Shown: one piece after another, positions 35,456 through 43,980 of the stretch
Layout: each line of letters opens with the position of its first letter
How positions within the stretch are numbered: position 1 is the first letter of the stretch
IMG/VR virus record: IMGVR_UViG_3300036852_000324
Coordinates: 1-52,070 of that record
Source: a virus
Taxonomy: Duplodnaviria > Caudoviricetes
Length of the DNA stretch: 52,070 bases
Strand: one strand, 5' to 3'
The notes under the pieces: model-generated
Told to the model about the DNA's origin: nothing
Databases searched by the model: none
Seen by the model: the letters and a program-made list of their open reading frames with translations, nothing else
Program-made: the position numbers and the translations under genes

Positions 35456-35827
35456 ATGAATGTGTACCTGCAGTTGTACCGAGGAGAGACCCGCGTCATC
35501 CGCCTGTCGGTGACCGACACGGACACCGGGCTGGCGGTCGACCTGACCACAGGGGCCTGGGAGATCGACGCCATCGAGTGGCAGATGAAGACCCAGCTGG
35601 GCGGCGCCGACCCCGGCGTCCTGACCAAGGCGCTCGGCACTGGCATCACCATTCAGTCGGGCGCGGTCGCTGACCAGATCGCCATCACCCTCGACCCGGC
35701 GGATACGTCGGCCCTCGCCCTCGGTGGCTACATGCACGATTGCGTGGCCACCTTCGCCTCTGGCCCCCGGCTGTACCTGATACAGCCCAGCGGCGCGCAG
35801 CTCCTCGACGTTGTGAACCAGCTGTAG
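35456..35827 (+). CDS. Virion structural beta-protein (BppU N-terminal-like)
   Basis: LYRGETRVIRLSVTD...VDLT...ITLDPADT..L..G.Y..D pattern. Confidence 0.6.
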   Translation: MNVYLQLYRGETRVIRLSVTDTDTGLAVDLTTGAWEIDAIEWQMKTQLGGADPGVLTKALGTGITIQSGAVADQIAITLDPADTSALALGGYMHDCVATFASGPRLYLIQPSGAQLLDVVNQL

Positions 35828-35857
35828 CCCGCGGCCGTTCTGCGGTAACACCGATCC

Positions 35858-36457
35858 ATGAATGAAGAATTCGACGGTCAGGCATGGTCGGTCACAGGGT
35901 CGACCGGGACCATGGCGGCGTCCCTGGCGCAGGATGCGATCGTGTTCGCGATGGGGGCCATCGCTGACGATGCCACCAGGCCGAACCTGCCACCGAGGGC
36001 GCCCCTGGAGATCGAGGGCCTTCGCCTGACCTTCACATGCATCGTGGCCTCCGCGGCGCCAGCGACCGCCGGGCGCGCGCTGCGCCTGTTCAAGGGCAGC
36101 AACAACACGCAGGCGATGCCGACCGGCGGGACAGCGCTGACGCCCCTTCCGAAGCGAACCCTGGACGCCGGATCCGACACGGGCCTGACTGGGGGCGTGG
36201 CCAGGATCTCCACGACCGCGGGCCTCACCGCCGGCACGTTCACGCGGGGCACGGTCCCCCTGGCTACGTTCGACCTGGTCGGCGGCGGCGCGGCCAAGGA
36301 CCGCCTGTAGTTCGAGCTGTTCTCGCTGTCAAACGGGGCCTCCCTCTGGCTCGACCCGGGGGAAATCCTGGTCGTGTCCAACCCGGCGGCGTTAGAGGCC
36401 ACGATGACCTGGCAGCTGACCGTCAACGTCGACTACCGCCGCCGCGACAACCGCTAG
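35858..36457 (+). pseudogene. Jelly-roll-like virion protein interrupted by in-frame TAG at 36308-36310 (nonsense allele or readthrough)
   Basis: Frame stays open after the TAG (FELFSLSNGASLWLDPGEILVVSN...LTVNVDY) to TAG 36455-36457, which overlaps the convergent gene's stop. Confidence 0.65.
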
Positions 36458-36663
36458 TTGTCCTGCCAGGGTCGGCCCTGAAAGTACTCGGCATCTTCTG
36501 TGGTCATCGACGCGCAGATCTCGACGTGAATGGCCCGGAACGACCGCGACTGTTCCTCGATCCTGACGAAGACTCGGACGTTTTCCAGGCCTGAGATCTC
36601 CGCCTCGGCCTTGGTGGCGTCCGCGATCCGCGCGCGCAGCGCATCGAGGTTGACCCAGCTCAT
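36454..36663 (-). CDS. Hypothetical protein
   Basis: ATGA overlap; GAGG SD. Confidence 0.6.
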   Translation of the reverse strand: MSWVNLDALRARIADATKAEAEISGLENVRVFVRIEEQSRSFRAIHVEICASMTTEDAEYFQGRPWQDN

Positions 36664-36866
36664 CGCGGAACCTCATGGCCGCAGCCGGGGTGCCAGAAGG
36701 TCCACGCGCCAGACGATCTGACGTATTCTTCACGGGAATCCCACCCGTCAGCCCACGCCTGACACAGCGCCGCGGCCACGGCCAGATTGCCGGCGAGGTA
36801 GCCGGCCCAGAGGATGCCGTCGATCCATTGCTCTTCGGTAACTGGGAGATGGATGACCTCGATCAC
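36660..36866 (-). CDS. Trp-rich hypothetical protein
   Basis: GTGA overlap with helicase stop. Confidence 0.5.
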   Translation of the reverse strand: MIEVIHLPVTEEQWIDGILWAGYLAGNLAVAAALCQAWADGWDSREEYVRSSGAWTFWHPGCGHEVPR

Positions 36867-38161
36867 CGCGTCACCGCCCGCCATCGCCCCGCAGCACGCT
36901 CGACGAGGCCAGCCTGTTCCAGCTCTGCGAGGTTCTGTAGGAGCCCGGCACCACGCGAGATGCCGCGGAGGTCCCGCATCGCATACTGCGCCAGGCCGGT
37001 GGCGCCGGCGCGCGTGATGAGCTTGAGCAGCTCGGCCCGGCGCTTCGCGTCCTCGGTACCCGCGCGACCGGCGGACAGCTCGGCACGGATCTCGACCTTG
37101 CCGCGCGCCGGGGCCGTGCGGTTCTTGTCCTTCTTCTCGGCCTCCTCGGCGGCCTTGACCTCGCCGGGGGTCGGAGGGAGGTGGCCGGTCTCCGACCACA
37201 CGCCACCCGGCTTGCTGTACTCCGTCCCGACCTGGCCCTCTGCGCCGGTCCAGCGCGCCTTCGCAATGAGGTCTCGTCCCTGTAGCACCATGGCATCGTC
37301 CTCCTTGTACAGCTGCGAAACTATTACGTTGCTGCACACCTGCTGCATGATACTGCTCTCCGCGGCGGCGCCGATCGCGTCGGCCGCGCTCTCGATCTCG
37401 ACCTTCCCGGTCAGGAGCTGCTGCCCCGACTTCGTACCCTGCGCCAGCAGGAGGCCCCAGCACTTTGTCTCGAGGGCGATCTTCTCGAACCTCTTGCCGT
37501 AGCGCAGCATCTCACCGCGGATGTTGTCGCTCTCGCAGATCAGCTGACCGATGTGGTCGACGACGAAAAGCGGCGGCAGCCGGTAGATGCGCCAGGTCAC
37601 CTCGATGCAGTCCCGGATGGCGGCGATCTGCACCTCCGGGTCGTCGTACCTGTCGACGAAGTGCCACATGTCCGTGACGGCGGAGATCTGGTGCCGGATG
37701 CGGCCCTCGTCCCATTCGTCCAGAACATGCATCGCGTGCTCCCCGTTCATGTTGCCGAGGATTCTCGCGATCAGCTGCTCCTTGCCCAGCTCCAGCGGGG
37801 CCCAGATGACAGGCAGCCCCGCCCCGGATACCGCACGGGCGAGCTGAATTCCGCGTTGCGTCTTGCCGCCGCCGATCGATCCGACGAACGCGTTGCACTC
37901 TCCCACGTAGGTCCGGCAGCGCCGCGCCAGCTCGGGCCACTCCGCCGGCCACGGCATCTTGGGCATACCGCGCATCTTGACGAGCGCGTCCACGACATCC
38001 GCCGGCGAGACAAACTGGTGCTTGGTCTGCGCCTTGCGATTCGAGGCCTCGACCTCGCGCGCCCACGCCTCGGACAGCTTCGCGTTGGGCCGCATCGACG
38101 GGAACGGGATCACGTTGTCGGGCGCCGGGTCCGCTCCGAACAGGCCGTCATCATCGGGCAT
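36863..38161 (-). CDS. DnaB-like (SF4) replicative helicase with C-terminal wHTH
   Basis: Walker A GSIGGGKT, PLE, Walker B FVVDHIG, LLLAQ, KAR arginine-finger region. Confidence 0.8.
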   Translation of the reverse strand: MPDDDGLFGADPAPDNVIPFPSMRPNAKLSEAWAREVEASNRKAQTKHQFVSPADVVDALVKMRGMPKMPWPAEWPELARRCRTYVGECNAFVGSIGGGKTQRGIQLARAVSGAGLPVIWAPLELGKEQLIARILGNMNGEHAMHVLDEWDEGRIRHQISAVTDMWHFVDRYDDPEVQIAAIRDCIEVTWRIYRLPPLFVVDHIGQLICESDNIRGEMLRYGKRFEKIALETKCWGLLLAQGTKSGQQLLTGKVEIESAADAIGAAAESSIMQQVCSNVIVSQLYKEDDAMVLQGRDLIAKARWTGAEGQVGTEYSKPGGVWSETGHLPPTPGEVKAAEEAEKKDKNRTAPARGKVEIRAELSAGRAGTEDAKRRAELLKLITRAGATGLAQYAMRDLRGISRGAGLLQNLAELEQAGLVERAAGRWRAVTR

Positions 38162-38652
38162 CACCGGGATGGCCCCAGGACGCACATCAGCGCTTTCCGC
38201 GCTGCGACCTGGATTCCCGGCTCCCTGCTCTCCCTCGGTCCAGCCACGTTCAGGCAGTAGATCCGATTGACGTTGAGCCAATCGGATGCCACCTGCCACG
38301 TGTACGGAGACACGTACTCGCCAGCCTTGGCGACCATGATGTGCAGTATCGGCATGCCAATCTTTCGCGCCGTGATCGCGGTCAGCATGGAACCGCTGTC
38401 ACGGGACAGCTCACCGAACGAGATTATCAGCGTGCCGTCGGACTTCATGATGTTCTGGACCGTCCTCACCTTGTAGGTGGGAGACTTCGTCTCTCGCATA
38501 CCAACGCGATAGACCTCGGGGATGATGCCGTCCTCGGCGCGCCATCCGTGAGGGGCCCATCCACCGCGCTCGATATGGAGGTCACCGGCGGCGTCCAGTC
38601 CACCGCGGTCGGCCCCGGTCTGGCCGCCGGATATGATCTTCTGGACGATCAT
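38161..38652 (-). CDS. SLOG-superfamily protein (putative molybdenum-carrier/cpYpsA type)
   Basis: KIISGGQTGADRGGLDAA...GGWAP.G, RT..N...SDGTL, LNVAGPRES. Confidence 0.85.
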   Translation of the reverse strand: MIVQKIISGGQTGADRGGLDAAGDLHIERGGWAPHGWRAEDGIIPEVYRVGMRETKSPTYKVRTVQNIMKSDGTLIISFGELSRDSGSMLTAITARKIGMPILHIMVAKAGEYVSPYTWQVASDWLNVNRIYCLNVAGPRESREPGIQVAARKALMCVLGPSR

Positions 38653-39857
38653 GGAAGCTCTACCCACCATTTCGCCATCGCTCGCGTGATGTCGGCGCCG
38701 CGCCGGCGGAATAGGTCGTTCAGGTCCTTGAGTTTGACTTCGCCGTCCTTGCAGAACAACCATCCGACCCGCTTTGGACCGAGTATGCGCACCGCCACCT
38801 TGGTGGCCGCGTTGACGTCCTCGTTGACGCTGCGGTCCGCGGCAGCGCCGGCGCCGTCGTTCTGCTCGACGATCAGGAGCTTGCCACCGGGGTAGTCAGC
38901 GAGCCCCCGCGCGGCGTGGGCCGCCACCAGGTTCAGGGTACCGGCGTCGACTGCACCGAGAACCTGGGCATCCGGCCACACACAGAGTCCGGTCAGGTAG
39001 TCCATTGCACCTTCACAGACGACCACCATACGACTGGGTCCGGGGTCAATGCAATGCGGGTTTCCGTAGCACCCCACCAGCTGGCGCGGCCTGCCGCCCT
39101 CCGCGGGCCCGGCAGTGACTCCGCCAAGCATTCCAATGATCTTTGGCTGGCCATCTCTGGGCTCGAATCTACGGACTCGGACGTCGACCAGTTCCCCGTC
39201 CAGGATATGGCGCACGGGCAGGGCAACTCCCGGGGTCGCGAACATGAAGGACAGCGTCTTGAGGTCCGCGCTCTTGCAGCTCTCCTGCGGGGTGATGCGC
39301 ATGGGGGTCTCACGCAGCTCCTCGAGCTTGCGTAGGACGACAGGGTCGAGTCCGCGCTCCAGGGCCAGGTAGGAATCGGCCACCGACTTGCGTCCTGGCT
39401 GCCCCCATTCGGTAGTACGTGCCATGTCGTCCCACTTGAACAGCCTGCTCCACACCCATGCGGCGCGCTTCTTCGCGAGCGCCACGCGCTGGGCGAGCGG
39501 AGGGACCGGAGGCAACGGATCGCGCGCCTTGGCCGGTGGCTTCGGGCTGGCGCCAAAGCTCTCCTCGTCGTCTACGCCGGCGATGGCGGCGGCGATCTCC
39601 AGGATGCGCGGGAAGTCCGCGCGCATGTCGAGCTTCTCGCCGACCGCGACGAGTCGCAGAAGGTCGCCGCCCTTGTCGCAGGCCCAGCAATGCCAGTGCC
39701 CGTCTCGAGCTATTCCGAACGCCTCGGTGTCGTGGTCGCCCAGTGCACAGCGAGACGAGCGCAGCCAGCGCCCGCGCCACTGCCCCGGGATCGCGAAATG
39801 CTGGGTAACATCCTCGGCCCTGAGAGCAGCCAGGACCGTCGCGCGGTCGAGGGTCAT
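38649..39857 (-). CDS. DNA primase (Zn finger + TOPRIM)
   Basis: CxxxxH...WHCWACDKGGD zinc-binding domain; VVVCEGAMDYL TOPRIM. Confidence 0.8.
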   Translation of the reverse strand: MTLDRATVLAALRAEDVTQHFAIPGQWRGRWLRSSRCALGDHDTEAFGIARDGHWHCWACDKGGDLLRLVAVGEKLDMRADFPRILEIAAAIAGVDDEESFGASPKPPAKARDPLPPVPPLAQRVALAKKRAAWVWSRLFKWDDMARTTEWGQPGRKSVADSYLALERGLDPVVLRKLEELRETPMRITPQESCKSADLKTLSFMFATPGVALPVRHILDGELVDVRVRRFEPRDGQPKIIGMLGGVTAGPAEGGRPRQLVGCYGNPHCIDPGPSRMVVVCEGAMDYLTGLCVWPDAQVLGAVDAGTLNLVAAHAARGLADYPGGKLLIVEQNDGAGAAADRSVNEDVNAATKVAVRILGPKRVGWLFCKDGEVKLKDLNDLFRRRGADITRAMAKWWVELP

Positions 39858-40759
39858 TACGACCCGAACTCCGGCTCATTCTCCGTGCTGGCGGCCATCT
39901 CCGACATCGTTCCGTCGTGCACGACCGAGGTCGATAGCGCCACCATCCTGATCTTGAGGAGCGCGGATCGAGCCTCCACAAATGTCGGGCTCACCCCGGT
40001 GTCGTTCAGGATCTTCTCGATCGCCCTGATGCGCTGCGCTGGAGTCTGCACCGGCGCCTTTCCGTTGCCCTCGCGGATCTTGTTGGTGACCGCCCGAGCC
40101 GTGGGCTTCGCACCGTCCGCCGTGATGAGGGCGATCTTGGCGACCTGCTCCGACCGGGGAAGCTTCGCGAGCTTCGCCGCCGCGCCGACGGCCATTCCCT
40201 TCTCGACCAGGCGCTGCACCTTGGGGTCCAGCGACAGCAACGAAAGCCACTCGCGCATCGTGGGTAGCGTGACCCCGAAGGCGATGGCGGCCTCCTCCTC
40301 GCTGCGACCCATGTCGATCAGGCGCTGCGCGTTGCGTGCCTGCGCCATCGGCGAATCGTCCGGGCGGTGCGTGTTGGCGGCGCGCGAGACGCCGTACAAC
40401 ATGGCTCCGTCGCCGCGCTTCGGGATTCCGGGAACGACCAGAACCTCCTCGCCGGCGGCCTTTTGTAGCCTTGCGGCGCAGCGAGCCCATCGGACGCGCG
40501 TGCGACCATCGACGACTAGTATCCGATCGCCGTCGCGCTCGAACAGAATCGGCTTGAGCACGCCGAACGTGCGGACGTTGGCGATGTTGGCCGTGTCCTT
40601 CTCGGCCGGGTGCTCGTTGCTCTCCGGGTCGAACAGCGGATGGGACCGGTCTGCCGTGGTGTCGATGCCGACGATGATGACCTCGAACGGGTCGAACACG
40701 AAATAGCTTCGCCGCGTGCCCTCGGCCTGGGACCCAGACTTCTTCTTTGCCTTGCTCAT
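39857..40759 (-). CDS. ParB/Srx N-terminal domain protein with HTH
   Basis: GVLKPI...LVVDGRTRVR; ANTHR; IAFGVT...WLSLL. Confidence 0.8.
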   Translation of the reverse strand: MSKAKKKSGSQAEGTRRSYFVFDPFEVIIVGIDTTADRSHPLFDPESNEHPAEKDTANIANVRTFGVLKPILFERDGDRILVVDGRTRVRWARCAARLQKAAGEEVLVVPGIPKRGDGAMLYGVSRAANTHRPDDSPMAQARNAQRLIDMGRSEEEAAIAFGVTLPTMREWLSLLSLDPKVQRLVEKGMAVGAAAKLAKLPRSEQVAKIALITADGAKPTARAVTNKIREGNGKAPVQTPAQRIRAIEKILNDTGVSPTFVEARSALLKIRMVALSTSVVHDGTMSEMAASTENEPEFGS

Positions 40760-41064
40760 GCTCCGAGCCTTTCCAATACGGCGGTCACCGCCGCGATTCT
40801 GAATTCTTCGTTGTCCAGATCTTCAGGATTCCACTGGATGTCATGGAAGTTGCCATCCCGATCGATGACCCCCTCATCCATGTCCTGGCCCGCGAGTCTG
40901 GCGCCGATCAGTTCAGCGCGGAGCGCCAGCCTATCCCATCGAGCGCGCCACTCATCTCGCTTCGATGCGAGCAGGAGATTTTCTGCGACCTTTGACTCTG
41001 CGATTTTCATCCTGGCCGCGTGTCCAGCTTGGTACTCGCAGATCTTCCCCTCGTCGGCCATCAT
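40756..41064 (-). CDS. Hypothetical protein
   Basis: Coupled overlaps. Confidence 0.55.
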   Translation of the reverse strand: MMADEGKICEYQAGHAARMKIAESKVAENLLLASKRDEWRARWDRLALRAELIGARLAGQDMDEGVIDRDGNFHDIQWNPEDLDNEEFRIAAVTAVLERLGA

Positions 41065-41330
41065 CGCCTCACGATCAGTTGGCTGGTTCTGGTCTCCAGG
41101 AGTAGAACGATCAGGCGGTCTAGGGTGCCGCCTGGGAGCGATTCGACCAGGGCATCGCGTATCGCGCGCGCCTCGAAGTCGAAATCGATACGATCGACGA
41201 TCTTCGGTGGATCGTCCGGTGGATTGATTCCCACCAGTAGCGGGTTATCAAGTCCCACCTGTATTGTAGTAGTTGGGATATTCTGGTGACCGATTGGTTC
41301 CGCCTTGTGCACCCTGACGATGGCAATCAC
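41061..41330 (-). CDS. Hypothetical protein
   Basis: Coupled overlaps; GAGG SD. Confidence 0.55.
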   Translation of the reverse strand: MIAIVRVHKAEPIGHQNIPTTTIQVGLDNPLLVGINPPDDPPKIVDRIDFDFEARAIRDALVESLPGGTLDRLIVLLLETRTSQLIVRR

Positions 41331-41584
41331 GGAATCACCTCGAACCTTCCATCTTTGTTGCGCAGCACATAGCCCTTGCTCTCGGCCGAGAGCAGTGCGC
41401 TACGCACCGCGGTGTTGCTGCGCGGGGGTCGACACAGCGCTGCGAGCTGGTCGCAGGTCGGCGCCTCCTTGCGGTACTCGTACCATCGCATCAGGACCAG
41501 CATGTAGTACTGCTCTCGACGAGAAAGCGTCTCGCGCGCGGGCCGAGGGGGCGGCGGGATCTTGGGTAGCGTCGGATTCTTCAC
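41327..41584 (-). CDS. LexA-type winged-HTH DNA-binding domain protein (no peptidase domain)
   Basis: LSRREQ...APTCDQLA...SNTAVRSALLSAESKGYVLR resembles LexA N-terminal domain. Confidence 0.65.
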   Translation of the reverse strand: MKNPTLPKIPPPPRPARETLSRREQYYMLVLMRWYEYRKEAPTCDQLAALCRPPRSNTAVRSALLSAESKGYVLRNKDGRFEVIP

Positions 41585-41718
41585 TTGCGGTAGCTCCTCC
41601 TTCCCTCCCTGAATGCAATTAAGAAGTCTCGCCACATCCACTGTGGCCACCAATAAATGCACATCGGGATCGCGAGAGCGAACACGGCGATTGTGCGAAG
41701 CCTCGTCTTGCGGTCCAT
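41581..41718 (-). CDS. 45-aa single-TM protein
   Basis: MDRKTRLRTIAVFALAIPMCIYWW...; TTGACG 38 nt upstream. Confidence 0.45.
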   Translation of the reverse strand: MDRKTRLRTIAVFALAIPMCIYWWPQWMWRDFLIAFREGRRSYRK

Positions 41719-41782
41719 GCTAGAAAAGTAGTACACAGCTTTCACGCGGACGTCAACCACCGCAACCTGGAGCACCGAGATC

Positions 41783-43234
41783 GTGACCACACCGAACGAG
41801 TCCAACCCCTCAACGTCGCTCGCGCTTTCCGAGCGAAACCAAAAACTGCAACACGTGCGCGATGAGATGGCGCCCGGCGCGCGTCCTGGCGCGATCGTGC
41901 CGCGCTCCTTCGCGGAGCTGGAGCTGATGTGCAAAGCGCTGGCTGCCGCTGACCTTGCGCCCAAGCACCTGCGCGGAAAACCGACGGACATGGCGCTCGT
42001 CATCATGACCGGCGCCGAGGTCGGACTTCCCCCGATGGCCTCCCTGCGGCTTTATACGACCTGGGACGGCGTCCCCCGGCTGATGGCCGAGGGCATGCGA
42101 GCCATCATCCTGGCCCACCCTGAATGCGAGTGGTTCCGTCGGGTGCGCGGGGACGAGACGCAGAGCGTGTGGTCGACGAAGCGCCGCGGGCAGCCGGAGC
42201 AGACCGTTACGTGGACGATCGAGCGGGCCAAGCGCGCGGGCCTCCTCGGCAAGGAGAACTGGATGAAGTACCCCGAGGACATGCTTTCCGCGCGCGCGTC
42301 CATGCAGCTCGCTCGGCTCGAGTGGCCGGATGTCGTGGCCGGCATGGTGTCGCGCGAGGAGGCGTTCGACGGAGACTTCATCGACGTCACGGAGTCCCGG
42401 TCGAACGGGCAAGCATTCACGGCACCGATCGCCATGGCCCCGTCGGTCGACAGCATGGAACTTCGCGCTGCAGTGGCGCAGCTTCCGAAGGACGCGGGCC
42501 GGATTGTCGCGGAGCCGGCGCCGGTTCAGGTCCATGCCCTCGGGGTCGCTGGTCCGGTGGGAACCACGGCGCCGACGCCCCAGGAGGGCGTACCCGTCCA
42601 GAAGGGCAAGCGCGCCGCGACCCCTACTCCGCCGGCGACCTCGAGCGCACCCTCCGGTTCGCCGGCTCCCTCGTCGTCTCCTGCCTCAAGCGCCTCGGCG
42701 TCGACCCCGGCAGCTGCCGCATTGTCCGCGGCGACGGCGACACCTACGACATCGTCGCCGAGTAAGCTCGAATCGGCCATCGCGACGGTCGAGGCGAAGG
42801 ACCGATTCGGGCAGACGATCGCGGTGGACCCTACGCCGCCCGGTTCGAGCACGGGGCCTACGCCGTCGACCGGATCGGCATCACCATCGACCGGGAATCC
42901 TCCCTCTGGTGCCGCCCCGGGCCCCGCATCTGCGCCGACTGCCCCAACAACCTCTCTTGCTGTCGAAGACGAGGGCGGATTCGCCGATGACCCGGAGGAC
43001 TCGGCACCGCCGGTGGATGCCCAGGTTCCGCTCGGGAAGCTCCTCGTCGATTTCCACAAATGGCTGGCGGAATGCAAGACCCAGCGAGATCTCCAGGCCG
43101 GCTTCCCGAAGTGGAAGCTGTGGACCAAGGAGCGGGTCCAGCAGCACAACGACGACCGCTTCACCAAGGAGGGCGCCGGTACGGAGATGATGCAGGTTGC
43201 TTATGCGACCAGAAAGAGCCAGGTTCCGGCATGA
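41783..43234 (+). CDS. RecT/Redbeta-like single-strand annealing protein with long Pro/Ser/Thr linker
   Basis: PKHLRGKPTD..LVIMTGAEVGLPPMASL; WTIERAKRAGL..KENWMKYPEDML.AR. Confidence 0.75.
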   Translation: MTTPNESNPSTSLALSERNQKLQHVRDEMAPGARPGAIVPRSFAELELMCKALAAADLAPKHLRGKPTDMALVIMTGAEVGLPPMASLRLYTTWDGVPRLMAEGMRAIILAHPECEWFRRVRGDETQSVWSTKRRGQPEQTVTWTIERAKRAGLLGKENWMKYPEDMLSARASMQLARLEWPDVVAGMVSREEAFDGDFIDVTESRSNGQAFTAPIAMAPSVDSMELRAAVAQLPKDAGRIVAEPAPVQVHALGVAGPVGTTAPTPQEGVPVQKGKRAATPTPPATSSAPSGSPAPSSSPASSASASTPAAAALSAATATPTTSSPSKLESAIATVEAKDRFGQTIAVDPTPPGSSTGPTPSTGSASPSTGNPPSGAAPGPASAPTAPTTSLAVEDEGGFADDPEDSAPPVDAQVPLGKLLVDFHKWLAECKTQRDLQAGFPKWKLWTKERVQQHNDDRFTKEGAGTEMMQVAYATRKSQVPA

Positions 43235-43425
43235 CGCTTGGAGAGAAGATGGTATGGGCTGTTGCGTTTGTGAGCGGCTGCCGGGACAGCTATCTGCATC
43301 CCGGCGACGCATGTGATCTCGCGGATTCCCTCGTCGCAAAACTCCGGTTTGGAGGACGCGGGGATGGCTGGTCTGAGATGGTCGAGACCGCGGATGCGGC
43401 CTCAGATCGAGGGGATAAGTCATGA
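43231..43425 (+). CDS. Hypothetical protein (MTLGEKMVWAVAF...)
   Basis: ATGA overlaps both sides. Confidence 0.55.
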   Translation: MTLGEKMVWAVAFVSGCRDSYLHPGDACDLADSLVAKLRFGGRGDGWSEMVETADAASDRGDKS

Positions 43426-43907
43426 CCCGTGCCGTCCTATACATGGCGCATGCGCTCCGCCCGTCAGAGGACGAGATCAAGGCGCAGGAGTCCATACTCG
43501 CGCCAGATCGCACCCCCGACCGGGCCATCGAGATGGCGTACGAGGCCAATATCCGACGATCGATGAGATGGCTCACCTGGCTCCGCCGGAGCTTTCCGGA
43601 GACCACGTTCATAGCTCCGTGGATCGCAGCGGTTCAGTCCGGCGAGGATGACTCCGACACAGCACAGCGCGAGTCTGGCCTCGTGGACGCGTGCGCCGTC
43701 ATCGAGCGCTGCGACGGGATCGTGCTGTGCGGAGGTCGGATCTCGATGGGGATGCGGAGAGAGATGGAGCACGGCACGAAACGAGACGAGGAAGATCGTG
43801 TACCGTTCGAGGTCTACGACCTGACACGGTGGTCGATGATCGATCCCGGTCCTCCGCTGCGTCCGGCGATAGACTTCGCTCAGTGGTATAGCGAGTTCGG
43901 GTCATGA
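43422..43907 (+). CDS. Nucleoside 2-deoxyribosyltransferase-like (DUF4406-type fold) protein
   Basis: LYMAHAL, IAPW, IERCDGIVLCGGRISMGMRRE motifs. Confidence 0.6.
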   Translation: MTRAVLYMAHALRPSEDEIKAQESILAPDRTPDRAIEMAYEANIRRSMRWLTWLRRSFPETTFIAPWIAAVQSGEDDSDTAQRESGLVDACAVIERCDGIVLCGGRISMGMRREMEHGTKRDEEDRVPFEVYDLTRWSMIDPGPPLRPAIDFAQWYSEFGS

Positions 43908-43980
43908 GGGTGAAGATCTTCGGATACCTCGACGCCTGGCAGAGCGTGCGGAACCGCATGCGGCATCGGTGGAGCTGGGC

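Noticed and set aside
36308-36310. Genome-wide TAG recoding (alternative genetic code)
   Set aside because: Many core genes end at TAG immediately followed by the next gene's start (e.g. 19504, 20767, 24510), and no suppressor tRNA is seen
39857-40759. Complete plasmid-prophage partition system
   Set aside because: No ParA/ParM ATPase recognised; stand-alone ParB-like proteins are common in phages
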